Shown here: one piece after another, positions 13,742 through 26,600 of the stretch
Layout of the letters: each line of letters begins with the position of its first letter
How positions within the stretch are numbered: the stretch's first letter is position 1
NCBI GenBank assembly: GCA_028534125.1
Contig: CM052822.1
Coordinates: forward strand, 77,934,001 to 77,998,000
DNA: 64,000 nucleotides
Direction: 5' to 3'
Origin: Lama glama
Taxonomy: Eukaryota
The notes under the pieces: model-generated
What the model was told of the DNA's origin: nothing
Databases searched by the model: none
Seen by the model: the letters and a program-made list of their open reading frames with translations, nothing else
Position numbers and translations under genes: made by a program

Positions 13742-14357
13742 ACAATATCTGTTTAGAATGTGAATTGTCTGTCAGTACCTACATCAGTATTGTCTTATGT
13801 GATACAAAACACTGTAGATGTTAACACAAGACAACAAAAATGAAAAGATACTGTGGAAAAGAAATTCACGTCTCTTTATGGGTGTGATGAGTCACGCACT
13901 GATAACGAAGCAGCAGTGAATGACTATTGAGGCAGCACAGTGTGATAGCTGTGAGGCTTCAGAGAGCCTGGCCTGCACACTAAGGAGCGAATCCTACAGC
14001 ATTTTTATGGCTTACAGTATTACAATTACTTATAATACAGTATTGGAAACATTGTTACATAAAAAAACACTTTTCCTTGCGATGATAAGCTGACATGGGA
14101 GGGAGAGACATTCTGTATGGTGATGTAATAATTTGGAAGCAAAGTTTGAAAACAGTAAGAAGACTAAGATGTTACTAGTTTTATATTAAGTATCACTCAC
14201 CTTATGCCTATGTGAGGATCGACTGGTATCTACATTATCTCTTTTGTGTTCATAATGTGCCTAATTTTTTTCAATATTTCTAGGCTGCACAGTTATGAGT
14301 TTTTTCAAATTGTGGCAAGTATCTGAAAAAGTTACTAGCATGTCCGCTGAGAAAATC

Positions 14358-14501
14358 CGAGGGAGAGGGCACGGCTCAAGTGGTGGAGGGCGTGCTCTGC
14401 GTGCACCAGGCCCTGGGTGCAGTCCCGGCGCCGCCTCAGAAAAGAAACAAATCTAGTCACCCCCCCCCCCGCCCCACACACACGCAAAAGAAAGAAAGAA
14501 G
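14358..14501 (+). mobile_element. tRNA-derived SINE nested in the Tigger2-like element (GC-shifted copy)
   Basis: gggagagggcacggctcaagtggtggag...ccctgggtgcagtccc...A-rich tail; TSD gagaaaatc at 14349-14357 and 14502-14510. Confidence 0.8.
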
Positions 14502-14869
14502 GAGAAAATCTGCACTCAGGTGGACCCGGGAAGCTCAAAGCTGCGTTGCTCAAGGGTCAGTTGTAGTTTTAAAAAAAAATTTAATGAAATTAAGGTGCAT
14601 GATGTACACCCTAAACTTGTACAATGTTCTATGTCAGTTGTGTCTTAAAAAAGCTGAGAAAACAAAACATTCAATTTTAGGATATCTTTATTTTGTTCTA
14701 CTGAAGTATTTGAGTTAAATGAGTTAATGTTTCTAGGACACTTAGAATTATGCCTGCTTATATGTTTTGTTAAATTAAAAAATTTTGGAGTCCTGTGTTA
14801 CGCTTTCCCACGAGGATCCCTGTGTGGCCCTCCCTCTCATCATGGAAGGTTACATTTTCTTTCTGAAAT

Positions 14870-15250
14870 TTTATTTTTAAAAATGGAGATGTAATTGAGT
14901 TGAGACAGGTTGATTTGAATCATTGATGTACTGCAGTATGATTACTACGTGAGTTAGCTAACACCTCTGTCACATTATGTAATCACCTTTTATGCAGTGA
15001 GAACATTTAAGATCTAGTCTCTTAGCATCTCTGAATGTTATAAAATCCTGTTTTGTTGGCTGTAATCACGGTACTGGGCGTCCAGTTTCCATAACTTATT
15101 CGTTTTCCAGCTGCAGGTCTGTACACTTTGGACGACACCTCCCCGGTTCTCCCAGCCCACGGTGACCACCATGATACTGTTCCTGCTTTTGTAAGGTCCG
15201 CGTGGAACTGACGTCCTGCGCATTTGTCTTCCTCGCGTGCTGTCCTCAAG
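14870..15250 (-). mobile_element. L1MA/MB-type 3'UTR fragment
   Basis: gttagctaacacctctgtcac...gtgagaacatttaagatctagtctcttagc...ataacttattc; boundaries approximate. Confidence 0.65.
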
Positions 15251-15465
15251 CTTGTTTTCGACCAGTGTTTATCCTTACACTTGAGCAGCAGGTTGTGCTT
15301 TCTGCTGTCCACATGGCACCCTGGGCTCTGGGTGCTCCCAGGTGGCGGCAGGGCTGAGGGTGAACTGAACTACTCAGCCTTAAAAAAGTAGGAAATCCTG
15401 CCTGCCACTTGTGACAAAGTGGAGGATGGTAAGCCAGGCAGAGACAAGCCCTGCATCTCAACGTC

Positions 15466-15965
15466 NNNNNNNNNNNNNNNNNNNNNNNNNNNNNNNNNNN
15501 NNNNNNNNNNNNNNNNNNNNNNNNNNNNNNNNNNNNNNNNNNNNNNNNNNNNNNNNNNNNNNNNNNNNNNNNNNNNNNNNNNNNNNNNNNNNNNNNNNNN
15601 NNNNNNNNNNNNNNNNNNNNNNNNNNNNNNNNNNNNNNNNNNNNNNNNNNNNNNNNNNNNNNNNNNNNNNNNNNNNNNNNNNNNNNNNNNNNNNNNNNNN
15701 NNNNNNNNNNNNNNNNNNNNNNNNNNNNNNNNNNNNNNNNNNNNNNNNNNNNNNNNNNNNNNNNNNNNNNNNNNNNNNNNNNNNNNNNNNNNNNNNNNNN
15801 NNNNNNNNNNNNNNNNNNNNNNNNNNNNNNNNNNNNNNNNNNNNNNNNNNNNNNNNNNNNNNNNNNNNNNNNNNNNNNNNNNNNNNNNNNNNNNNNNNNN
15901 NNNNNNNNNNNNNNNNNNNNNNNNNNNNNNNNNNNNNNNNNNNNNNNNNNNNNNNNNNNNNNNNN
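15466..15965. other. Assembly gap (exactly 500 N)
   Basis: Run of N; the round length suggests a placeholder. Confidence 0.99.
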
Positions 15966-16866
15966 TCGAAGGGGGTGTGGTGCTCCTTAACTTAATGTGT
16001 TAGGCCTGGAGTCTGAAAAAATGTGTAGTTTTCCACAAGGCATAGACACTTTAAACTTACCCTGGACTCCCGTTTTTTCATTTTCGCGTGAGCACCCTAG
16101 TGCAGAGCAGTTGTTCTTTCTCTCTCTAGTCTTTCACGTGGCTTGTCTCTTTTTTTAATGGAGGATTTGTAGCACTTCAGGGGTCTTGGTCTGCTACTAC
16201 ACGGATGGGCCACAGTGATGGGAGAATAAAGGACTGGCTTAGCATTACGATCCCAGCTCTAATCAGATTTTAATGAGTTGTGCTGAGGTTTTTCTTTTTA
16301 TTAAAATGACAAAAGTGAACTCGAACCACAGCAGCCTTACATTAGTAAGTGTTGAAAGGTCAGTGTGGTTCTTATTCTAAGGGTCACACCCGCTCCCCTC
16401 CTTGTGTCCCCCCTCTGCAATGTGGACTGCTCATGCCTGGTTAACTAGAAAAGAGGTTGCTTTGTTTCATTTTGTTTTTTGGTGTTTGGGAAGCATGTGC
16501 TTGTGAAAGTTAACTGGAACCTTGGAGCAGACCGACCTTGGTCGTGACCTGTTTGAGTGGATCCTGAATTGAGATGTTGAGTTGTGAAGATACCAGGAGC
16601 ACTTGCCTGTGCTGTGGCTGCTGGCTGGCCTTGCCCACTGACAGACACGCGGACGCAGTCATGCTGGGTCTTCGTCTGCAGGGCCCTCCGGACTCCATCA
16701 GCCTGTCACCATGAGTGCACACTGTGCATAACACTTTGGTCCTCAGACATTTTTAAAATGTTTTTCCTGTCTCTAGAGGTTGATTTGTATTATGCTGCCT
16801 GGATTTTAGAACTTGTTGATTTCATTCTGGGAGAAAAGGAGATGTTACAATAGAAACTAATATTAA

Positions 16867-17148
<282 letters not shown>

Positions 17149-18837
17149 TGAGTGAGGCTGGGGTCACTGAGAACAAAGCTGCTCCTCTTGTGACAATTTG
17201 ACATTGCTGTTCCCGGCAGCCCCTCTGTTACTGTGGAGCACCCTGGCCTCTGGCGAGTTCTCCTAGCATGGCCATTTCCTGACCCCCTGGTCAGAGGATG
17301 GGGAAGTCCTTCCGGGTTAGTGGTGGTGAGGCCACCCGTGTTGTTGGTGTCGTGATCTCTCCCCCACAGTTCCTTACTGAAGCCCACTCTGCGTTTACTG
17401 CTTGAAAGGATTTCCTTAGTTTCAGGAAGTACAGCTTTGTGCATGCCCCTGAGATTCAGACTTCACAACATGTGGGTAGGTTTTCCCACCCCAGGTCGAG
17501 AGCTTAGGTGTTGAAAGTAGGGACTGAAAGTCAGATCTTGTGGCTTAGTTTCATGGATCATGCAGAGGTAGCTGTTCGCCAGTTAGAACCGCTGGGTTCT
17601 CGGTAGAAAAGCCTCGTGTGAGGGTCCTGGGATTAGGGTCAGACTGCAGAACTTTGTATGAAAACTGCTGACATCACTCTGCCTGGAAGCAGTGCTGGGT
17701 GGCCTGGTGTGAGTCACAGCAGAAGCATGTCATTGACCGCAGAGAGTGGACACTTGGGCCAAGTGTAGCTACATATGGTCAGGGTCACTATGAAAGACAT
17801 TTTTTTATTTTAGAAAAAGCTCTGTGTAACCTTCACCACGTGATAACGGTTAACACGTGCCCATGCTTGTTTTAGCTGCTGGCAGCCCTCCCCCTCTGTG
17901 TGAAAGGAAGGCCCCGATGTCTTACTTCACAAGTAACTCGTCATCGTCATTGCCGTTTGTTTGTCTGCTGACCCGTTACTCCCACATTTGTGGGACCAGG
18001 GGCGTTAGAAAAATTTGAGGACTAAAGTCAAACTTGATTTTTGGCAGAAAGAGAACCTTTAAACTCCCATAGGAATGCTTTTGTTCGTTTTTACTTTTAT
18101 TTTTTATTTATTTATTTTTTTTCGAGAGACTGTATTTTTCGTGGTCTCTTAACATCGCCTTCAGCGTCAGGAGTTAACTGTCACAGGTGCACAGTTGTTT
18201 TTAAGAGACTGATGATCAAAGGGTGTCTGAATGGTTAGCTTCTCCACCTGTTTCCTCTGTCACCCCTGTTATTTCACACACGATTCTGTAGAACCTGAGA
18301 TTTTAGGGGAATACAGATGGTCTATCAAAATAACCTATGTGTCTGTAAGGGCTACATCTTAATCCTTTTTCTTCTAGAACATGAAAGATAAGATGACCAG
18401 GCACAGCAGAGCATCATAAGGCTTTGGCTGGCCTGTTGCTTTCCTGGGGGATCAGGCTGTAGGGTGTGGACTGGCTCTTATTCTGGCTTTGCGGACCTCT
18501 GCTTTCTACCCTCACCAAGTGCTGCAGATCTCACCCCCAGTCAGACCTGACAGTGAGAAGGGGCACTTGGAGGGTGGAATGGTTTTGCAGCTTCGTAGTG
18601 TGGCTTTCGTGTGGTCTGCGTGGGCTCTGTGGGCAGTACGAGGGAATAAATATTTTAGACTTTGTACTGAGTTGTTTTTAAGGAGATAAGTACTTAGATT
18701 TTCCCTCTTCCCCCTTTGCATTTAAAGTAAGGGCGGCCTAGCTCCTTAAACTAATGGTGAAAATTTGAGAACTGCATCGGTTCTTTGATTTATAACTTTG
18801 GAAATGCTTTATTAAATTTTGAAGGTAAAGAGCTTAG

Positions 18838-18978
<141 letters not shown>

Positions 18979-19671
18979 TGATGACCCGAGTCTCACAAGG
19001 GCTTCAGTTTGTTACTCCCCTGGACAGTTGTGTTTCAGTAAATAGTATACTTGCAGCCTGGAGAGTGGACTGAATTGGGGAGAGGAAGGAGAAATTGATA
19101 GCATTGGAAAAGTCTAATAAAAATTTTTATTAGGCTAGAGAGTATATTTAATGTTCTATGAAGTAATCTAAAACCTTACTGTGAGTTTGTACCCATAGGT
19201 CAGTACCTGATATTTTGTCAAAATATGTTTAGGTTTTGAAAAACAGATTCTTTTGGAAAATTACCAGAGGAACTGCCTCTGGTGGTGAGGCCTGGATGTG
19301 TGTGTTTTTGATGAAAAGTTCCCGCAGTGACCACTGTCCTGTCGGCTCCACGGTGGGCATTGGGCGTGAACGCTGCAGCCAGCCGCACACACGTCGTGTG
19401 AGTGAATGTTTATGTGCTTGGTTTCCAGGACGTTTCACAACGGAAATGCAAGTAGTGTAATCACAGATGTAGAGGTGGTGGGCCCTGTGTGCAGGCATCT
19501 CAGGAGCGCTGAAGTCCAGCGGTTTCGCCAACTCCAGGCACAGGTCCTTTTGATCGAGGCAGGGCCTGAGGGAGCCTCGGGGTTATGAAATACTTCCTTT
19601 TTTAGGTCACGATTTATACAGTGTTCTGTAGACAAGTAATTGCCTGCTAAGCTCGGGAGTCCAAAAACTGA

Positions 19672-19851
<180 letters not shown>

Positions 19852-20207
19852 TGAAGACTGACGTCCTGTTTCTGTTTACCCACGGTTGGGACTTGTTCTT
19901 AAACTGTGTCTGAGCAGTGCAGGGGTTTAACCAGACCTCGTTTTCTTCTCCCTTTGGGAAAATGCTTTAAATTTAAGCCTTGCACATGAGCATAATAAAG
20001 GCTGTAATGTATCCATTTGCTGTTTTTGATTCTAATTAACTTCTTTTGCCACTGTGATTAGGCAGTGATAAGGTTGTGGACACGAAGGGCCCAGAAGTGC
20101 TGTTTCTGACTGAACAGTGAATTCTGTGTGAATTTGCCCTGTCACACCCTGAGTAGACACTGTGCATCATAGCAGATGACTTTGAGAAATTTGATCTGTG
20201 TGCGTGC

Positions 20208-20320
20208 TTTTTTTTTTTTAATTGAAGTATACTATGTGTCAGTTTCTGGTGCACAGGATAATGTTTCAGTCGTGCAATACAGACTGTGTCCATATTCCTC
20301 TTGCGCGTGCTTTTCTGATT
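20208..20320 (-). mobile_element. L1 3' end (cetartiodactyl-type)
   Basis: T-run + aattgaagtata...agtttctggtgcacag...tttcagtc, the reverse of the tail type seen at 59250-59330. Confidence 0.7.
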
Positions 20321-22242
20321 GTGCTGTGTTGTGACTGTCAAGGTCACACTTTCCGGGAAGAAGGGGCGTCTCTGGGATGAGGCGTCGCCGGTTCCCATCT
20401 TGGAGGGACAGTCATGCTCACGGAGACCCTGCCGCTCTAGCTGCTGCCTCGTCGTAGGAGAGGGTCTCTCAGCAGCGGCACGTCTGGCCCCCGTGCCCGA
20501 CTCGGGTTGTCCTGTGAGTCCTGGACGTGGGCAGTGTTGTGAGCCCACGGTGGTGTCTGCTGGAGCTGCTCCTCCGCTGCAGGGACTGTCCGGTGTGCTG
20601 GGTGACTTGGGAGGTTGGGCTCACTGCGCTGCTGTGGCCACTGTTGTCTTTCGGCTCATTGAGGGGAAACACATCCTGTGTTTGCCCCTTGGTTCCCGGG
20701 AGGCTGGTTGAGAAGACTGAACAGCATCTGTGGCCCCTCCGGAGGGAGACACGAAGCACAGCTCTGTGCACAGTCCCACAGGGAGACGGTGGGCCTTGCC
20801 CATCGCGGGCGCGAGGAGGGATCCTCACCGCCGTGTCTGGTAGGTGTTGGGCCTTTTAAATGGTGCACCCCTCGGTTTATTTCAGACGGGGGTTCGGAGA
20901 CCGTCCTTCGTTTTTTCTGTGGTGTGATGTGACTTTTTAAGAAGGGAGCTTATGGAGGGAGTGGTGTGTGTGTGTTAATGTATGTACTTTTTCACTGACA
21001 TGTGACAACAGGAGCTGATTGTGGGAGGAGACCATGAAAGGGTTTGGAAGACTTTCTGCTGTAATTACACGGCTACCGCAGACAGGCGCGTGTTGGGAAG
21101 GATCCCTGTGAATACAGACAGTAGCACATGTCCTTTATCAGTTGTCCTTCATGGACGTAAGAAATCTTACTGTAGGAAAAGCAGAGGATTCTAATTCTCT
21201 TTCCTGTCTTAAAATTACCTTTGTGTTTCATCACAGTCTGAGGCACACCCTAGAGCGTTGGTCTGGGGAGCAGGCAGTGTTGGGTGAGGCCTGTGTTTGG
21301 TAGCCCGCATCTCCTGGGCCCCATCTCTGTTCTCTGGACCTCCAGCTGCAGGTGGAGGCTCATGAGGCGGGGGCCCTGCCGAGGCCGGGCCTCTCTCATG
21401 TTGCTTGAGCACTTAGTTTCCTTTCAAAAGAAAGAACAGTGAGGGCGAATCCTTTAGTACCTGAATGGTGGCCAGATTTCGTTTTCCTGGGAACAGATCA
21501 GACAGGCCAGGCTTTCTCATTACAAGTGGCTTTCCTTGAGCAGCTCTTTCTAGAGTAAGGGTGGGTGAGTGAGTAACCATTACCCCACTGTCAGCTGTTA
21601 AACGTGCTGGCTCAACGTCTCCTAGACGGAGCACTGTGAACACGAAGCACTGGCGGGCACGTGCATTTCACAGAGAAGCGCGAGAGGTTGCCGCTGTGGC
21701 CCGCTCGCAGAAGTGCCTTCTGTTGGACTCAGAGCCGAGTTTAGGAGGTGCCCAGCCTTCCCGTAACTCAGGGCTCTCCAGCCTCTGCCTTCCATCCTGG
21801 GGCGCTTGAGGTTTTAACAGCAGACATTTCCCTGTGGTGCCCACAGGCGGTGTGGCAGTGATTCCGTCTTCATCCGTTCTAGGTGTTCTAGGTGCCTTCC
21901 ATTTTCAGGCTCTCAGGATTTACACACAGGAGGAGAAGCTGGCCCACGGCTACTGCGTGTCTGAGTTCACGGTGCAGTGCGCTGGCGGTACGTCCAGGGC
22001 AGATCCGTGGGCATAGGGCTGGGGGTTCTGCTTTGGTGGTGATTGGGTTCGTGTTTATCAGCTTCCAGATCCTGCTCCCTCAGCACTGTTGCCATGTCCA
22101 TTCATAGTAGTGCGTGGTCTTTTCATCTTCACTTTTGACACGACCCACTTTTCCCCCTCTCCTGTTTGGTTTACCAAAAAACCAAGAAAAATAGCTCGAA
22201 ATCTGTTAAAAGACATTTTGAGCTTGATTGTGCATTTGTCAG

Positions 22243-22329
22243 AATATAAAATGCCATGTCTGACTTCAGACTCCCCAAATAAAAGGGAAGGAAATGAGAA
22301 GAGCCAGCAAGCTGGTGGGGAGAGTGAAG
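22243..22329 (+). CDS. Candidate in-frame cassette exon in DNAJB6 intron 5
   Basis: catttgtcag|AATATAAA...AGTGAAG|gtatga; 87 nt, phase 1/1, no stop; (E)YKMPCLTSDSPNKREGNEKSQQAGGESE(G); a second in-frame acceptor at 22270 gives 60 nt. Confidence 0.4.
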
Positions 22330-22988
22330 GTATGAGGGGCGTTGGACAGGCTGCAAGCAATTCTGTGCCTGGGGACCAAGCTCTGAGAAACGTCACATTG
22401 TGAAGAGAGGATGTGGACCTGGGGTCCTGCTGGTGGGAGCCCTCCTCTGGGGGTGGGGAGGTAGTGGAGGCTGATTCTGAACTTGCCCTGAGCACTGGCT
22501 CTGAGACGGAGGGGTGCGGGCCAGACTTTCAAGGCTAGCCGACTTTGTTTAAATTCTTCCCCAAATATGGAGCACACAAAAACTAGCCCTTGTGAGAATG
22601 TAAATTGGAGAAGCAAATGAGTAGGGATTACCGTAATTCGAATCAGGGTGATCTCGTTATTAGTGAAGGACTCCGCTGCTCTGTAACGTGTTCTAAGGCA
22701 GGAGAGCAGCGAGTCAGGGCAGGAAGTGCTGCTGGGAAGACATGCTTATTGGCTTGTGCCTTCACGTTCGAAAGCCCAAACCACGCTCTGCAGCCGGAAA
22801 CTGCTTCCAGAGAGCGTGCTCACTTCAGCGCCCCCCCCCCCCCGGCAGTGGTCTCGGTGGCGGACAGTCACTGCGCTCAGCAGAGGGAGTGCTGGGCGTG
22901 CAGACGAGGCAGGTGGGGTGTGGAGGGGCGGCCTCTGCTCTGCCCTCTGCAAGCAGGGGGTAGTGAGTCAGTCGCTTTGCTCACCCAG

Positions 22989-23353
22989 GGTCCGAGGAGG
23001 TGGCCAGCGAGGAGTGGGAGCCTGAAGAGGAGGCGGTGGAAGACAGCTGGAGTGAGGACAGTGAGGTTCTGGACGTGGTGTCCAGCGAGGAGCTCGATCT
23101 CTTTAGCGAAGACGAGCCCAGTGAGGGCGGGGGCTGGGGCCTGGGCAGGCCCCCCAGGGAGGACCTGGAGTCCCTGTCCAGTGAGGGTGGGGCGAGTCTG
23201 GGGGACCTGGAGGAGATCATCGAGGAGTGTGAGGGGCCGCTGAGCGAAGACAGTGGGCCTGAGCTCGAGGCCCTGCTCGTGTACCCGCGAGTGTCCCGAG
23301 AGGAGGCTGGCCTGCCTGCTCAGTGTACCTGGAATAAAAAGTTCTGCTGCTAG
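22989..23353 (+). CDS. Candidate alternative terminal exon in DNAJB6 intron 5 encoding an acidic tail
   Basis: ctttgctcacccag|GG TCC GAG GAG GTG...; phase 1 matches the exon 5 donor; 120 codons, 37 D/E; AATAAA at 23333-23338; TAG at 23351-23353. Confidence 0.55.
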
Positions 23354-26219
23354 TGCCTTGATGTCGTCCGTGGCCAATTCCAGCAGCTGTTTTGGGGATG
23401 ACTGAAGAAACAGCAGAGGAGGGCCCCAGGAGCATCCAGCCAGCTGTCCTACAGGCCACCCTGAACTTTGAAGACCCTGGAAACAGTGTCTTTGCCTGTG
23501 TCAGTGTCCTGGGGCTACCCGGGAAGCTCCCCATACTGAGTGGTGGAGACGCCAGTGCTGGAGGATGGAGGTGTGAGATGAGGGTGTGGGCAGGGCTGCG
23601 TCCCTCTTCCAGGCCTCTCCCCGGCCTTTGGTGGCCTCGGATGGTCCTTGGCCTGCAGGTGTCATCGTTCTGTGTCTTCGCCTCATGCCCTCTTTCCACG
23701 TCTTGCCTCTGCCCACATTTCCTGTTGATCAGGACACATGGGGGTGTGGGGTCAGGGTCCACCCGAATGAGCTCATCCTGACCCTGTGGTCTGCAGAACC
23801 CCCGTTTCCCACATAGGGTTGCGTTCGCTGGCCCTGGGGTGGTGAATTTCACTCCGTTTGGTGGGGGCCCAAATTCATCCTCCAATGTATGGAGCTGTCT
23901 ATACAGTTTAGAAGCAGCAGATTTTGAAGGGGAAAGAAGGGGACACCTCTGAAGTCAGATGCACTGGGAGTAGAAGTCAGGTACGGTGCAGTGCGGTGCT
24001 GTGCAGAGCGAGCTCACAGCTTTCCTGCGGGGCTGACACGGTGCGGGGCCGGGGTACCCGCCTTACTCTGGCTCAGACTGACTTGCTCGCGGCTCATTTG
24101 AGAGAAGCAAGGAGTAAGACTTCAGATCTACATGAAAACGTGTCAGGTGTCCAGCTAAGGTAGTTGAAAGCACTTTTCACGCAGCTGTGAAACAACTGCA
24201 GGCCCCCGTTCAGTGCCAGGTCCTGGAGCAGGCAGCTCCGACGCCCCGCTCCTCTGCCTGGTGGGTGGTGCCCCGGTGTGGTGGGCGTGGGGGCAGGAAG
24301 GATGCTCTCTGCGCCTGGAGAGCTTCCTGTTGGAATGTGGAGCTGGTATTTGAAAACAGTTCATTTTCACATAAGACTTTTTCATCTGTTGGCAAACGTG
24401 GGGGGATGTTCTGGCGATATTCAGCTTTTCTGTGTACTTTGTGTTCTGCTGATCACCCCTGCTCCCAGTAAGGGAGAGGAATGGGTTTCTTGACAAGGTC
24501 TTTCTGGTGAGAGCTGGAGTGCGCCTCCCCGCGGGTGTGCCCCCTGCAGTGAGGTCTGCAGATGTCTTCAGCCGCACCGTGCTGGCAGCAGAGCCCTCCC
24601 TGTGCTGTGGTTTGGAGGCTTGTGACGCAGTTTGCAGGGCCACGTGGGTCAGGGTTTCCTGAGTGCCTTGCAGGGTCTGCTCGTGATCTCTTTCTCGTGG
24701 AATTGTGGTCCCTGTGGCTGAGGGCGGTTGGAGATGTTCTGCGACCACAGGTGGCGGGTGAGGCAGAGTCATGTTCTGGCCGGCCTCCTCCCACTTGGGG
24801 AATTAAAACAGGCACAGCGCAGGGTGTGCGGGAGTCATAGGGCGGAGGCAAGGGAGAAAGTATCTCTGGCTGGTTGGTGTTGGGCAGAGGGAGCCTACCA
24901 GGCAAGACACGCTGTTACCTGTAGGGTCCTTCTCTGAGGGGGCGAGGTTCTCGAGGAACCTGGGCCCTTGGTGTCTGAGATGGATGATTTGGATGCAGTG
25001 TCTGTATTTTGGTTCTTGACTTGGATGGGTTTTTGCAGCCCTTAGAAAATATTGTCCCAAACAGACCTGTGATGTGATTGGAAGTTACATTTTGTAAGAA
25101 GATAATTGTGTGGAAAGTTGAACGTGTGGTGATGTGTTCGGCGGGTATTTACTACGTGCTTACTGTGTGCTGCCAGGCGCCGCAGTGGAGCATGTTCTCC
25201 CGACCCCGTGCTCCCCAGGGGCCCGTTCAGCCTAACACCATCATGGCTGTGTTTTTAGTTTGCTCCCATTTTTGTTTATTTCAGATCCTTTCAAATAAAA
25301 TGTAAGAAATAATGCTTTAAAAATCTGGTTCGTCCTGAAGAAGTGTTGGGTAGCTGGGAGATCGCCTCCCTGAGGTCTGTTTGCCCCCGGCCTTCGAATC
25401 TCACGTGTTCTCTCTTCCCTAAGGGTCGCTCTGGTCGTGCCTGTGGTGCGCTGTGAGGGTCGCTCTGGGTACGCCTGTGGTGCACTGTGAGGACTTTTCC
25501 TTTGTTCGACAAGTCCGTGATGTGTTTAGAGCTTGTGTCTTGTCCAGTTTTCCCGGGTGCCTGGGCAGTCGGTGTGGGAGGCCCTGAGGAGGGGGCTGGC
25601 TGGCACCTTGGGTCATTGGTTCTGGCCTCTCATTGCTTGGGTTTCGTGTTCACTGGAACGTCTTCCTTCAGGACGAGGGCAGGACTGGCCATCACCTTGG
25701 CGTTGAGCCTTGCTCGGTGCCCTTCAGACGGGCGTAGAGCATTGGACTTGAGCTGATGTCTGTTTGTTGCTGTGTGGTTAGTCTGTCAGATACTGAATTT
25801 CGGTAAAATTCAAGGAAATGGATGGCTTTAAACATTTGTTTGACTTGGTTTTTCCTCAAGTCTTTTAACACGTGTGCATGTGAACGTTTGTCACGTTTTG
25901 CGCTCGGTTTTTTCCCACAGCGTTCAGTTCAGTGTACTTTTTTGCCGTAAATGTGACATTGTCACTTGGATTGTCGGTCAGTTGAGTGCTTTGTGGATGT
26001 CACCTTCTTGGACTTGGTGTAATATCTCAGAGGAGCAGGCGGGTATAAAGTTGAGGGCGAGTTTGATACAGGACACCCAGGGCGCTGAAAGGACAGGGCT
26101 CATTTGCAGGCCGATGCCTGTTTCCTGTGACGTTGGTGGCCCAGGACGCACCGTCTTGTTACGGGGTACAGACCTGACGAAAGAACTTGTGAAATGACCA
26201 GTTTCTAGAAACCTGTGAG

Positions 26220-26600
26220 TTCTGTGCTAGGTTCTCCAGAGAGACAGAGCCAACAGGAAGTTAGGAAATCTATCTAAGGAAGTTCAGTGTTTAAGTAATT
26301 GGTCACTTGACTGGAGACGGACAGCTTCCACATTTGCAGAGCTGATGTCCCAGTTTGAGCCCAGAGGCCGAGGCAGCTGCGCTGCAGGTTGGAAGCCGAC
26401 AGGACAGGCAGGAGAATCCGCAGGTGTTCAGGGGAGAGTCAGCCTTCTGCTCTGTTCAGCCCCGCAGCCGATTGGGCGGGTCCCTCCCACACTGGGGAGG
26501 CCAGCCTGCTCTGCTCAGTCCACTCACTCACCCAGAAGCACTTTGAGACACACTGATGGCAGGGCACCGTGCTGCCCTTGAGGATGACACAATCTGTCCA
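26220..26600 (-). mobile_element. MLT2-type (ERVL) solo LTR fragment
   Basis: ggttctccagagagacagagccaacagga...gtcagccttctgctctgttcag...gattgg...cccacactggggagg...ctgctctgctcagtccac. Confidence 0.7.

Larger units (their letters stand above)
13333..14563. mobile_element. Tigger2-family non-autonomous DNA transposon with two nested SINEs
   Basis: TIRs cagctgacccttgaacaa (13333-13350) and ttgctcaagggtcagttg (14546-14563), both flanked by TA. Confidence 0.85.

Noticed and set aside
15411-16003. Long ORFs of about 194 aa (also 55262-56233)
   Set aside because: Artefacts of translating N gaps.
21910-21987. Possible exon cattttcag|GCTCTC...GGCG|gtacgt in intron 5
   Set aside because: It contains a TGA in the phase-1 frame; at most a poison exon, with no other support.
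23342-23353. Terminal FCC* as a Rab-type geranylgeranylation signal
   Set aside because: XXCC prenylation requires REP recognition of a Rab fold, which is absent; not claimed.
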